Below are positions 46,601 to 59,000 of a DNA stretch of 64,000 nt, in pieces (position 1 is the first letter of the stretch; each line of letters opens with the position of its first letter). The DNA is taken from the NCBI GenBank assembly GCA_043228905.1, contig JBHGNT010000003.1, forward strand, positions 12,586,001 to 12,650,000, read 5' to 3'. Below the pieces are notes generated by a model. That model was not told the origin of the DNA and searched no databases. It was given only the letters and a program-made list of their open reading frames with translations. The position numbers and the translations under genes are program-made. The stretch comes from Azolla caroliniana (lineage: Eukaryota > Plantae > Polypodiophyta).

Positions 46601-48952
46601 CGCTCGTATCGCTTTCAGCTTCTTGCCGGATTCCCTTTCCACTCTCGCGTGGAGTTCTTTGAAGACGCACAACACTTGGTCCTTTGTCTTCAGCGGTGCC
46701 GTCCACAGCTTCCGGCTGTGATCATCAATGAATGTTACGAAGTACTGGGCTCCGCCATGTGACTTTGTTTCTACCTGACACACATCAGTGTGCACCAACT
46801 CCAATGGTGCGCTACGTCTCGTCGGTGGCCTTGAGTGGAAGGAGGTTCGGTTCTGCTTACCGGCCAGGCAATCGGTGCACTTCTCCAGGTGCACATGCTT
46901 CACTGGAATAAGGTTGTCTTCTGCAAGCCTCTTCATCCCCTTCTCACTCATGTGACACAGTCTTTTGTGCCACAGCTCACCGGCAGTGTCGGCTGCCACA
47001 TTGAGCTCTTCAGGACATAACCGGGCATTCATCAGGTACAGTGTGTTGTCTTTCCGGGCCCGAGCCACTATCAGGCTCCCCTTGTTGAACTTCATTACGC
47101 CGTTCCGGATGCTACCTGTGTAGCCTTCATCGTCTAGCCTCCCGGCCGAAATCAAGTTCAATCGAACCTCCGGAACATGTCGGACATCCTTCAGCAGCAT
47201 TTTGCATCCGGTCGGGGTTGTCAACCACACGTCTCCTATGCCGGCAATCCGGCACGTACCTTCATTTCCCATCCGAACACAGCCATGCTCACCGGCTGTG
47301 TAGGATGAGAAGTATCTTCTCTCCGGGGTCAGGTGGAACGATGCTCCGGAATCGACCACCCAGGTCGTCTCATCGCCGGCAATGTTTAGTTCACCTTCTT
47401 CGGTGATGAGCATGATTTCTTCCTCACTTGCCGCGAGTGCCGTTGTTCCTTTCCGGTCCTGCCCTCGCCGATCCGAACCTCTCCGGTCCGTGGCTCCCCG
47501 GTATGCACCGTTTCTCTCCGGTGACTTCTTCGAATCGGTGTCGTCGGCTCCGTTGTCTTTTCGGTAATGCCGACAATTCTTTCGGAAGTGCCCCGGCTTC
47601 CCACAGTGGAAGCATGTGGGCCTTCCTCTTGACTGCGACCGGGTCCCCGACTTCTCCCGTCTTTGCGGACTCCGGTTCCATTGTCTTCCCCGATCCGATT
47701 CGGTAAGCAGCGCCTTCGAGTCGGAGGCCGGTTCTTTATCTTTCCGACGCGCTTCTTCGTTCAAAATACTTGTCTTTACCGTTTGTAAGGACAAGTTATC
47801 TTCGGTGCAGGAGGTGCTGAGAGTCACCACCAAGTTCTCCCAGCTTTCCGGCAATGTACACATCAGGATGATGGCTTGCATTGCATCCTCCAACGGGAAC
47901 TTGATCGCCGCAAGCTGATTCACGAATCCCATGAACGTGCTTACGTGTTCCACCATACTCTCGCCGTCCCGGTACTTGAGATTCACTATCTTCCTCATCA
48001 GGGAGGTCCGGTTCAACGCATTCTTCCTCTCATAGAGGCCCGACAGCTTCCGCCACATCTCATATGCGTTGGTGTCGTTCGCCACATGTTGTAGAACGCT
48101 CACGTCGACGTATTGCCGAATGGTTGCAACGGCTTTCCGGTTCAAAAGCCTCCATTCCGACTCAAGTACCCCCTTCGGTATTTCCGACCTGTCAATCGGT
48201 TCGTACAGGTCCCGAACAATCAGAAGATCCTCCATCTTGATCTTCCAGTCGGCGTAATTCTGCGCATTCAGCACCATCATCCCCGGCTGCCCGCTGCCGC
48301 CGCCTTCCATTTTCTGCAGAACCTCGCTCTGATACCAATTTGTTGAGAATCGACGCTTCGATTCACCTTCACCACTCGGCCACAACCAAGTAATTGCGAA
48401 TCAATGCAGCAGAAAATAGGAACCACAGAGAGGAACACACGAATACACAGGGAGTAACGTGGAAAACCCTAGATGGGAAAAACCACGGGAGTACAAGACT
48501 CCAAACCAACACTATACAAAGAGAAGTATACAATGGCGAGCTGCAAGGCGACGACCTTGAGCTCGCTGTCCTCGCCACAGGCGGCGGAAATACACAGAGG
48601 CGTCGTCCTCTTCCTCTCTCACGCTCTATCTCTCTCTCTCTCTCTCACGACTGCTCCCTCTTCACTCCTCTTGAGTGGAAAAATAGAAAAATGATAAGCA
48701 ACACTAAAACAGTTTGCCCTAAGTCATATTTATACATATATGACTTTGGGGCTATTTACAACTATAGCCTCAGGGGCCCATAGCAAACATATTCACGGAT
48801 ATGTCCCTGCATCCGGACCGCTCTCCGGGTACATTCGTCATCCGGCTCCGAAGCCGGGGTCTTCATCATCCGGTTCCGAAACCGAAACCGGGCTCGTCGG
48901 TATTCATCTCCGACATCCGACCATCCCATCCGAAGGGACCGTAATCCCAACA
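43615..48952 (-). mobile_element. Intact young Ty1/copia (family A, Tnt1/Tork-like)
   Basis: 612 bp LTRs 43615-44226 and 48341-48952 with about 3 differences seen, TSD TTTGT, PBS 48326-48337, PPT 44229-44239. Confidence 0.98.
44237..48310 (-). CDS. Copia gag-pol polyprotein, 1357 aa from the ATG after the PBS
   Basis: CFHCGKPGHFRKNC, VVDSGAS, LWHKRL, HTDVC/ADNGGE, LYVDD, STTEAEY, HSRTKHIQ. Confidence 0.97.
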   Translation of the reverse strand: MEGGGSGQPGMMVLNAQNYADWKIKMEDLLIVRDLYEPIDRSEIPKGVLESEWRLLNRKAVATIRQYVDVSVLQHVANDTNAYEMWRKLSGLYERKNALNRTSLMRKIVNLKYRDGESMVEHVSTFMGFVNQLAAIKFPLEDAMQAIILMCTLPESWENLVVTLSTSCTEDNLSLQTVKTSILNEEARRKDKEPASDSKALLTESDRGRQWNRSPQRREKSGTRSQSRGRPTCFHCGKPGHFRKNCRHYRKDNGADDTDSKKSPERNGAYRGATDRRGSDRRGQDRKGTTALAASEEEIMLITEEGELNIAGDETTWVVDSGASFHLTPERRYFSSYTAGEHGCVRMGNEGTCRIAGIGDVWLTTPTGCKMLLKDVRHVPEVRLNLISAGRLDDEGYTGSIRNGVMKFNKGSLIVARARKDNTLYLMNARLCPEELNVAADTAGELWHKRLCHMSEKGMKRLAEDNLIPVKHVHLEKCTDCLAGKQNRTSFHSRPPTRRSAPLELVHTDVCQVETKSHGGAQYFVTFIDDHSRKLWTAPLKTKDQVLCVFKELHARVERESGKKLKAIRADNGGEYRGQFQEYCRLKGIRLEFTVPKTPELNGLAERMNRTIMERVRSMLAHAKLPKGFWAEAMSTATYVINRSPSVPLDGDTPQKVWTGKEVSYRHLKVFGCLAYVHVAKDRRGKLDPKTQPCIFLGYGDDEFGYRVWDPVDKKICRSRDIIFMEDKTLADWKSEKKMKSSKSTGEDQLYEEQSPPARDRLALEDPAEDGEETEPAEEDENDTGTGPDPEMDSDEEESEEPVTEAPERRYPLRERRAPRRFPEPEHVLLTDEGEPESFEEAKHDTQSRRWLSAMQDEMDSLHENHTYELVELPKGKQALRNKWVFKLKPGDAGNPPRYKARIVVKGFQQKKGVDFDEIFAPVVKMTSIRTVLSIAASMDLEVEQMDVKTAFLHGDLDEEIYMQQPEGFEKKGKEHLVCRLKKSLYGLKQAPRQWYRKFDSFMTDEGYLKTQSDHCVFVKKFEGGDSLILLLYVDDMLIVERDQVKIRMLKKALHRTFSMKDLGPARQILGMHIIRDRKKKQLWLSQEKYVTKVLHRFNMSEARPVGSTLPANCKLSSKQSPKTKAEKEDMMKVPYASAVGSLMYAMVCTRPDIGYAVGVVSRYMSNPGKEHWNAAKWILRYLKGTANVCLRFGSGKPELDGFTDSDMSADADTSRSTSGYVMTYAGGAVSWQSRLQKTVALSTTEAEYMAAVEAGKEIIWMKDFIRELGIRQEEYRLYCDSQSAIHLAKNAAYHSRTKHIQRRYHWIRERIEDKEFELTKIHTDENGSDMLTKVLTPDKLEACRKRIGLERHPMPK

Positions 48953-51393
48953 TTTGTCTAGGCGTGGAAGTCGAACTGGTGTATGTTTCGACGGATCGGC
49001 AGAATACCGACATCTTCACCAAACCTCTCAGCCTGGACAAGTTGCGGAAATTTTCGGGCATGCTTGGTCTCTAGCACCTCGATATGCCGAACTGGACGGG
49101 GAGAGGTAAAGCCGAAAAGGATGAGGAAAAGGAGGAGAGAGATGATGATGTCCGAAAAGCCGAATCGGATGACAAATTCAATTTTGGACCGACTAAAGAA
49201 GTCGAAATGTTCGGATTGTGGAGACTAGTCAGACGAATGCTAGAACCGGAGCCAACTGAGCCAAGGGACGGAAAAGTTGAGAAGAGCAAGAGAGGCGGTA
49301 GAGTCGAGAAGGACAGAGCCGAATGAGTGAAGGCCAAGACCAAGCCATGGGTAGATGTGGTCAAGGGCCTGAAGGAGGACAAATCGGAGACAACTGATTC
49401 AGACAAGAGCTGGAATGAATCAGAGATACGTGATTTAGTCAAGGAATTTGATTCAGAAGAACCGAATCAGTTGAAGGCCAAGCGGATGAAAGGGCAACCA
49501 AAGTCGACGTAGACACGAAAGATCCAACGGGTCGAGGAGCGCTAGTACTGTATAGGCCAAGGGAGCAGACAAGCCGATCGAGAATGTTGAGGGACCGGAC
49601 GGGTCGAGGAGCGTGACCAAGGTGCAGGGACACCAGAAGAAGCTGACAACAAAGATCGGCGAAAACAGACACTGCGAACCGACCTCAAGTTGAGCTTGAG
49701 GGGGAGTGTCGAGCGGACAAGCTCAACCAGATCCATATTGGCTGAATAAGCCAAAGCCAGATCGGAGTCCGGAATGAAGAACAAGATTGGTGTCCGGAAC
49801 TAGGAGCCAGTCGGAGAGCCAGATCGTAATCCAAATCATATTGTAACCGATAGGCCGTTAGAGGTCTAAAACCCTAGCGTAGTACATAGGCATATTTTTG
49901 GAAGTCAATGTCTGATGCTTTGTACGAGCAATAAAGTACTTTTTAGTACTTTAGTTGGTCCTTTAAGGACTTGTATAAATTGTGATGTAAAGCACAGTTG
50001 TATGCTCTTCAAGTTTGGTATGACGGAGTGCAAATCCATCTCAACTCCTCTGGATAGGAATGTGAAGCTTCACCTTGACTCTGAAATGACATGGGATTTG
50101 AAACGGTTTCGACAGATAGTTAGAAGCCTTATCTACTTGACCATCACCCGACCGAACCTCAGCTATCCGGTCGGCCTAATTAGTCAATTCATGGCGCATC
50201 CGACCGTGGAGCACCTTCCGTGCGTGCAATGAATAGGTAGGTATGTCAACGACACTAAGGACAGGGGGTTGCTATATCAGGCCAGAAACACCAGACAGTT
50301 TGTTGGTTACACGAATGCCAATTGGGCCAGAAATGCCATCGATCGCAGGTCAACATCTGGATTCGCATTTTCACTTGGAAGTGTCGTGGTCGCCTGGAGC
50401 AACAAAAAGCAACCGACTGTAGCAGTATCGAGCACCGACGCTGAGTATAGAGCAGTGATTATCACAACATGTGAGGCCATTTGGTTCAAATGGTTATTGA
50501 AGGATCTGTGAGTGGAGGTGTCCGACCCAACCACTATCTACTGCGACAACCTCAACAACATCCAACTTGTGAAGAACCCGGTCTTCCACGCCCTGACAAA
50601 GAAAATTGAAGTGCTCTATCACTTTGTCCGTGAGCGAGTCCTCTCCGGTGAAGTCGAACTAGTGTGTGTTTTGAGTGATTGGTGGATTGCCGACATCTTC
50701 ACCAAACCCTTAGGACTTGACAAGTTGCGGCATTTTTCGGGCATGCTTGGTCTCCAACACCTCGATATGCCAAACCTGAGGGGGAGAGATAGAGCCAAAG
50801 GGAAGATGATGTCCGAAACGCCGAATCGGATGAGAATTTGATGTTAGATTGAATAAAGAAGTCAGAATGTTCAGATCGTGGAGACTAGTCACACAAAAGC
50901 TAGAACCGGAGCTAACCGAGCCAAGGGACGGAAAAGCTGAGAAGAGCAAGAGAGGCGGCAGAGTCGAAAAGGACAGATCCAACCAAGAGAAGGCCAAGAA
51001 CAAGACATGGGAAGATGTGGTCAAGGGCATGAAGGAGGACGAATCGGAGACAACCGATTCGGACAAGAGTTGGAACGAATAAGAGATACCCGATTCAGTT
51101 GAGGAACTTGATTCAAAAGAGCTGAATTAGTTGAAGGCCAAGCGGACAAGGAGGCAGCCGAAGTCTACACCGACACCGACACAGAGGAGCCGACGGGTCG
51201 AGGGGCAGCAACACTGTGACAATGACGAAGCTGACTTGGGCCAAGGGAGCAGACAAGCCGACCGAGAAGGTCGTGGTGCACCGGACCAGACGGGTCGAGG
51301 AGCGCGAGCAAGGTGCAGGGACAGTAGGAGAAGCCTACAACATGTATCGGCGTAAACAGACACAATGATCCGACCTCAAGTTGAGCTTGAGGG

Positions 51394-51452
51394 TGTCGAG
51401 ACTCGCGGGTAGGAGATAGAGTGAGAGTGAGAGCGATAGTGAAAGAGAGAGG

Positions 51453-51483
<31 letters not shown>

Positions 51484-54400
51484 TGAGAGAGAGAGTGAGA
51501 GAGAGTGAGAGAGTGAGAGAGAGTGAGAGAGATAAGACTTGAAATAGAAATGAGATTATATTATGATGAAGCAAGATTACAATGAGTAGGCTAAGGGCTA
51601 AAGACTGGTGTTGAACCGAATGAGTTGAAATGAATGTATGGACACTTATTTATAGATCCTTATGGAGTATTGTGAATGTTCTAGAATATTTTAGATTTTT
51701 ATGATAAGAAATATAATCATGAAATATTAAAGGATGTTCTAGAATAATCTAGAATGTTCTAGAATATTCTAATATCTCGTAATAACTAAAAATATAATTA
51801 TTATAATCACACAACATATATGTTATTTCAATGGTTAAGGGTTCAACACATAGACCAAGAAGTCGTGGGTTCGATTCTTGATAAGCCAAAATGTTGTCTT
51901 TATGACATTATCCCCCCTTTCGATGACGAGTTCCATGAGTCGGAAGACGAGTTCGGACTTGGTTTATGGGGATATTTGTTGTGAAATGCAACAACCATGT
52001 CGGAGGCATTAGCAAGATGCTCGGCAGGCTCCCATGTTCGATCATTAGGTGTATAACCTAACCAATCAACCGAATAATATAGTTTGTTGCGGATGATCTT
52101 GGAGTCGAGAATGGCAACAACCTCATATTCAGAGCCATTGGAAACTTCGATTAGAGGTGGGGGAGGTGTAAGATGACCTGGAATAGAGCTTGTTGTGTAG
52201 GAATCCAAAAGTGAAACATGGAAGACCGGGTGAAGACGCATATGAGGAGGGAGAGCAAGATGAAATGTCACATCATTGATCTTACCAGAGATCACATATG
52301 GGCCGAAATGTTGATAATCCAATTTGTAGCAAGGTCGGGTGGTTTTAATGCTACCTTGTAAGAGCCATACACGATCTCCTACTTGAAACGTAGTTTATGA
52401 ATCACGCCGATGACGATCACCAATCTTCTTTTGAGTGTTTTGGGCATCACATAAATGATGCAAAAGTATATCCTAAACTTCTTGGAGTCGAGTGAGCCAA
52501 TCTTCAGTAGCCAGGTTTTGCGGGAGTTCGGGATGTTCAAGCATTGTCCAACGAGGATGGTATCCAATGTTAGCAAAAAATGGGGAATATCCAGTAGAAG
52601 AATGTTCTGAGTTGTTGTAAGCAAATTCCGTCAAATGTAATAAATCCATCCAATCATCTTGTTGATAGTTGACAAAACAACGTAGATATTGTTCGACTGT
52701 TTGATTGGTGTGCTCACTTTGCCCATTAGTCTCTGGATGGTAGCCGGAAGGTTTACAAGAAGTATGTAAGAGTTTGAACATGTGCCGCCAAAATTTCGAG
52801 ATGAATTGGGGACCCCGATCACTGATAATATCATCCGGAAGACCACGATGACGAAACACCTCCCGCATGAGTAAATCGGTTTTCTCTTGACTAGTAATGG
52901 TCTTCGTGCATGGAAGGAAATGCGCCATCTTCGTAAAACGATCGACTACCGTGAGAATAGAGTCAAATCCCTTGGAAGGTGGAAGATCCGTAATAAAGTC
53001 CAAGGAAATAGATTTCCATGGGCTCTCCGGAATAGGCATTGGCTGTAATAGGCTATATGGATGATGTCGAGGCTTTTTTGATCGGCAACATGTATCACAA
53101 CTACGAACATAATCTGTAACAAAATGGCGAACCCGTGGTCACCAATATCGGTGAGAAATCAACTCAAAAGTCTTGTGGATGCCAAAATGTCCAGCCATTG
53201 GCATGTCATGACATTGTTGCACAACTTTGAGTCGAGAAGAACCGTTAGGCACATACAAGAGAGTTTGTCGAAAAAGCAAACCATCATGCCAATTGAACTG
53301 GGTGTAGTCTAGACGAGGATTTTGAGATTGGGAGCTGGAAGCACGATCTGGGATTGTTGAGAATCAAGCTCAACTTGGTCTAGTGTGTGAACTCACCTTG
53401 AGAGTGAATAGACACTCCAACGGTCAAGAGTCACCATTATGTCACCTCTTTGTATTCTAGCATTTAGTATGAGTCATAGAATCATATTCTATGACACATA
53501 ACTTATGAGCTTTCACATTCCCCATGCTCCATGATTCTTGTAGTTAATGAAGAGAGGGTGACTATATAAAGCACCCTCCTCCCACCTTGTATTGTGTTGA
53601 GTCTTTCTCCTTTGTGAAATACTTACTCTTGCGTATACTCTGTGTTTTACTCCTTGTCTCTCTCACTCACTCTCTCTCTCTCTCATACATACACACACAC
53701 ATACACAGTTCACACCTATTGCGCTACACAAGAATCATACCCGATTCTTTACAGGGATAATATGATTCAAAACCTCTTGGGCGAATGCATCGGTCGCAAT
53801 TTGCTCCCAAATGGAATCAAGAAGCCTTGAATCTCCCGGTGTGTTGATAGTATGTATTGCTATTACTCGTAGACGATCAGAACCTAAGAGGATTTTCTTT
53901 TGACTTTCAAATGCAGCCTCTCCTGGTTGAAGTTCCATATACAAACGTCGAGATAAAGCATCTGCTTTACCTTGTTGCATCCTAGGGCAATATAGAATTA
54001 CAAAATCAAAACGAGTCAAGAACTATGCCCAACGAGCTTGTCGACGATTCAAGACTCGAGCACTTTGGAAGTATGTTAGATTTTTGTGATCATTGTAGAC
54101 AATAATCTGTTGAGAAGAACCCTCCAAAAAATGACGTCATTGTGGAAAAGAATCCACAATGGCAAGAAGCTCTTTGTTGTGAATCTCATAGTTGATTTCT
54201 GCGGCTTCAAATTTCCGTGAGTGAAAAGCCATAGGGTGCAGTTCGCCATCTTCGCCAATCTGGGATAGTATGCTTCCGAGTGTGAAATCAGATGCATCAG
54301 CTTCAAGTATAAAGCACCTCATTGGATCAACATGCATTAAAATTGGTGCAGATGTAAACGCTTGCTTTAAACCCTCAAATGCAAAGTTCACATCTATACC

Positions 54401-55720
54401 CCTACAAATGGTTGATTCTTGCACGTTAGTTGAGTGAGGGGCAATACAATCTTTGAATAATCTTTGATAAACTTGTGATAAAAGTTTGCGAACCCCAAAA
54501 AACATTGTACATCTCGCACAAACTGTGGTGTTTGCCAATCCAAAATTGTTTGAACCTTTGATGGATCCATAGAGATGCCATTTGAAGAGACTATGTACCC
54601 CAAAAATTCCACTTGACATTGGTCGAAACTACACTTCTCCAATTTTGCATAGAGACCATACTCTCATAACCATTGCAAAACTTGGCGAACATGTATCTCA
54701 TGCTCCTCTTGAGTTTTTGAGTAGATCAAGATATCATCCAGGTAAACTATGATTAAGATATCAAGGAAGTCTCGAAAAATGTCATTTGCCATATGTTGGA
54801 AAATTGTTGGTGCATTCGTGAGACCAAATTGCATCACGGTATACTCAAAATGACCATAGCGAGTGCAGAACACGGTCTTCCATTCATTCCCAAGACGAAT
54901 TCGAACAAGGTTGTAGGCACCTCGAAGATCTAACTTTGTGAAATACTTTGCTCCATTGAGGCGTTCTAGAAGGCATGAGATCAATGGTAGAGCATATCGG
55001 TTTCTAATAGTCACTTTATTCAAGCCCCGATAATCCACGACCATACAAAGCGTACCATCTTTCTTCTTAACGAAAAAAATGAGTGCACCAACATGACATC
55101 TTGAATGTTGGATAAAACCATTTTCCAGGTTCTCATCGATATATTCTCGAAGAACCTCTAACTCCGTGGGTGAAAGGTTATAAATTGGCCCCCATGGAGA
55201 CTCTTTTCCTGGCTGCAAATCAATCGGGCAATCATATGGTCGATGCTCTGGTAATCTATTAGCCTTCACCTTATCGAACACATCGGAGAATTCTATGTAC
55301 TTCTTTGGTAATTGGACCCCCAATTCTTGGGAGCTAGATGAGGGAGTCGCTAAAACCGCAAACACCATCATGTCTTCCTTCCTTCCATCCTCTCATAACT
55401 GATGTATAGAGTCTCGATAGTTTGAACCGAATGAGTTGAAATGAATGTATGGACACTTATTTATAGATCCTTATGGAGTATTCTAGAATGTTCTAGAATA
55501 TTTTAGATTTTTATGATAAGAAATATAATCATGAAATATTAAAGGATGTTCTAGAATAATCTAGAATGTTCTAGAATATTCTAATATCTCGTAATAACTA
55601 AAAATATAATTATTATAATCACACAACATATATGTTATTTCAATGGTTAAGGGTTCAACACATAGACCAAGAAGTCGTGGGTTCGATTCATGATAAGCCA
55701 AAAATGTTGTCTTCATGACA
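51394..55720 (-). mobile_element. Degenerate Tcn1-like chromovirus, gag and protease deleted
   Basis: 3' LTR 51394-51907, partial 5' LTR ~55422-55720, pol fragments close to 8140-11236; flanks GAGGG/GACGG. Confidence 0.93.
53355..53753 (+). mobile_element. Solo LTR (copia) in the chromovirus pol
   Basis: TGTTG...TTACA with TSD GGGAT on both sides. Confidence 0.92.
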
Positions 55721-56019
55721 GACGGGGGGGAGCCGATTCGGATCGGCTGAATAAGCTAGAGAGGATCGGAGTCCAGAACAAAGAACCAGATTGGTGCATG
55801 TCAGTACATCTATCTGTCCTTTGAAGGACTTGTATAAAAGTGCTCCTGAGCACATTGTATATACAGAGTCATTTTGAAATTGAGTATGGTTCTGCTCTAA
55901 CTCTATCTCTCCTGTATACTGTGTTCTATTGTTATCCGACTATGGCGATTTTGTCTACACTTCCACACTTTCACTTTTACACTTTCCGACTCCCCCTCAT
56001 CAGTTAAGAGAATGTATTC

Positions 56020-59000
56020 TTGTTTTGGAAATCTAGGGGTGGGGGGAGGAGCGTTCTGCTTCTAAGGGGGTATCTCCTCCCTTGGTTCTGATTAGTCGGC
56101 TCTACATCGTTCTCTTTAGCTGGCTCCTCATCCCAGTCAAATTCGGATCCTTGTCCATGTCTAGCTTTGGGATGCCTTTCAGTTGGTCCGGCTCCTTGTC
56201 TAGATCTAGCCTCCAAATGTCCTCCGACCGATTTGGCTGGCCCAATGTGTTCTTCAGCTAACATTTGACATCTGGCAAGATGGTGCGTATCTCATCCGGC
56301 GGTTCTCTTCCGGTCAACAAGGAGGATGATCCCATCTTCTCCGTCTCCCAATCCACAATAGCCTTTTCTTCCATGAAGACTATGTACTGAGTCCTAATGA
56401 CCTAGTTCTCCTTCTCAGGGTCAACTTCCAGCTAGATGGTGCGTATCTCATCCGACTGTTCTCTTCCGGTCAACTGGGAGGATGATCCCATCTTCTCCAT
56501 CTCCCAGTCGGAAATAGCCTTTTCTTCCATGAAGACTATGTACCAGGTCTTGATGCCGTAGTTCTGCTTCTCAGGGGGTATCTCCTGCCTTGGTTCTGTT
56601 AGTAAGCTCTGCATCGTTCTCTTTTGCTGGCTCCTCATCCATGTTCGATTCGGATCCTTGTCCATGTCCGACTTCCGAGGCCTATCGGTTGGTCCAGCTC
56701 CATGTCTGGATTTGGCCTCCAAATGTCCTCCGACCGATTTGACCGGCCCAATGTGTTCTTCAGCTAACATTCGACTTCAAGCTGGATGGTGCGTATCTCA
56801 TCTCACTGTTCTCTTCTGGTTAACTAGGAGGTTGATCCCATCTTCTCCGTCTCCCAATCGTCATTAGCCTTTTCTTCCATGAAGACTATGTACCGGGTCC
56901 TGATGACCTAGTTCTGCTTCTTAGGGGGTATCTCATGCCTTAGTTCTGATTACTCAGCTCTCCATCATTCTCTTTTGCTGCCTACTAATCCTAGTCAGAT
57001 TCGGATCCTTGTCCATGTTCGGCTTTGGGATGCCTTGCGGTTGGTCCGACTCCTTGTCTCGATCTAGCCTCCAAATGTCCTCCGACCGAGTAGTTGGCCC
57101 AATGTGTTCTTCAGCTAACCTCCGACGTCCGCGTGGATGGTGCGTATCTCATCTGGTTGTTCTCTTCTGGTCAAATGGGAGGATGATCCCATCTTCTCCG
57201 TCTCCCAATCGGCAATAGCCTTTTCTTCCATAAAGACTATGTATCGGGTCCTGATGACCTAGTTTTGCTTCTCAGGAGGTATGTCCTGCCTTTGTTTTGA
57301 TTAGTAAGCTCTGCATCGTTCTCTTTTGCTGGCTCCTCATCCCAGTCCGATTAAGATCCTTGTCCATGTCCGGCTTTAGGATGCCTTTTGGGTGGTCCGA
57401 CTCCTTGTCTGTATCTGGCCTCCAAATGTCCTCCGACCAATTTGGCTGGCCCAATGTGTTCTTCGGCTAACATTCGACTTCTAGTTGGATGGTGCGTATC
57501 TCATCTCGCCGTTCTCTTCCGGTCCCCTAGGAGGATGATCCCATCTTCTCCGTCTCCCAATCTGCAATAGCCTTTTCTTTCATGAAGACTATGTACCGGG
57601 TCCTAATGACCTAGTTTTGCTTCTCAGGGGGTATCTCCTTCCTTGGTTCTGATTAGTCAGCTCTGCATCGTTCTATTTTGCTGGTTTCTCATCCAAGTCC
57701 GATTCGAATCCTTGTCCATGTCCATCTTCTGGATGCCTTTTGGTTGGTCCGTCTCCTTGTCTGGATCTGACCTGAAAATGTCCTTTGACTGATTTGGCTG
57801 GCCCAATGTGTTCTTCACCTAACATCCGACTTCTGGCTAGATGGTGTGTATCTCATCTAGCTGTTCTCTTTCGGTCAACTAGGACGATGATCCCATCTTC
57901 TCCGTCTCCCAATTGGCAATAACCTTTTCTTCCATGAAGACTATGTACCGGGTCCTGATGACCTTCTTGTCAATCAGGTCCCACAACAAGTAGCCAAATT
58001 CATCTTCATCTTCCATATCCGGCTCCCGAATGCTTTTCGGTTTGTCCGGGTCCTTGTATAGATCTGGCCTCCAAATGTCTTCCGACCAATTTGGCTGGCC
58101 CAATGTATTCTTCATCTATAATTCGAGTTCCAGCTGGATGGTGCCTATCTCATCCGGTTGTTCTCTTTCGGTCAATGAGGAGGATGATCTCATCTTCTCC
58201 GTCTCCCAATCGCCAATAGCCCTTTCTTCCATAAAGACTATGTACCGCGTCCTAATGACCTAGTTCTACTTCTCAGGGGGGCATTTTGCTTCTCAGGGGG
58301 TATCTCTTGCCTTGGTTCTGATTAGTAACCTCTACATCATTCCCTTTTGCTGGCTCCTAATCCGAGTCTAATATGGATCCTTGTCGATATCCGTCTTCCG
58401 GTTGGTCCAACCCCTTGTTTGGATCTGGCCTCCAAATGTCCTCCGACCGATTTGGCTGGCCGAATGTGTTCTTCAGCTAACATTCAACTTCTAGCTGGAT
58501 GGTGCATATCTCATCCGGTCAACAAGGAGGATGATCCTATCTTCTCCATCTCCCAATCGACAATAGACTTTTGTTCCAGGAAGACTATCTACCGGATTCT
58601 GATGACCTAGTTCGGCTTCTTAGGGGGTATCTCCTACCTTGGTTCTGATTAGTGGGCTCTGCATCATTCTCTTTTTCTAGCTCCTCATCCATGTCTGATT
58701 CGGATCCTTGTCCATGTCTACCTTCGGGATGCCTAGCGATTGGTTCAGCTCCTTGTCTCGATCTAAGCTCCAAATGTTCTCTGACCAATTAGTTAGCCCA
58801 ATGTGTTCTTCAGTAAACATCCGACTTCCACTTGGATGGTGTGTACCTCATCCTCTTGTTCTCTTCCCATCTTCTTCGTCTCCCAATCGCCGATAGCCTT
58901 TTCTTCCATGAAGACTATGTACCGGGTCCTGATGACCTAGTTCTGCTTCTCAGGGCGTATCTCCTGCCTTGGTTTTGATTAGTTGGCACTACATCGTTCT

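Larger units (their letters stand above)
40785..49998 (+). mobile_element. Degenerate 5'-truncated copia family B copy, most of RT deleted, interrupted by the intact copia; partial 3' LTR from 49707
   Basis: Colinear with 19830-24900; deletion near 43375; HYHFV resumes after 48957. Confidence 0.85.
49999..55981 (+). mobile_element. Further copia family B 3' fragment (RT end, RNase H, extension, PPT, LTR remnant 55726-55981) interrupted at the PPT by a chromovirus
   Basis: LIYLTITRP, VFHALTKKIEV, GTTGAGCTTGAGGG; LTR remnant ends TTTTACA. Confidence 0.75.

Noticed and set aside
48311-48385. N-terminal 25 aa of the 1382 aa ORF call
   Set aside because: Begins at a non-ATG codon in the LTR and crosses the PBS; the ATG at 48310 is the likely start
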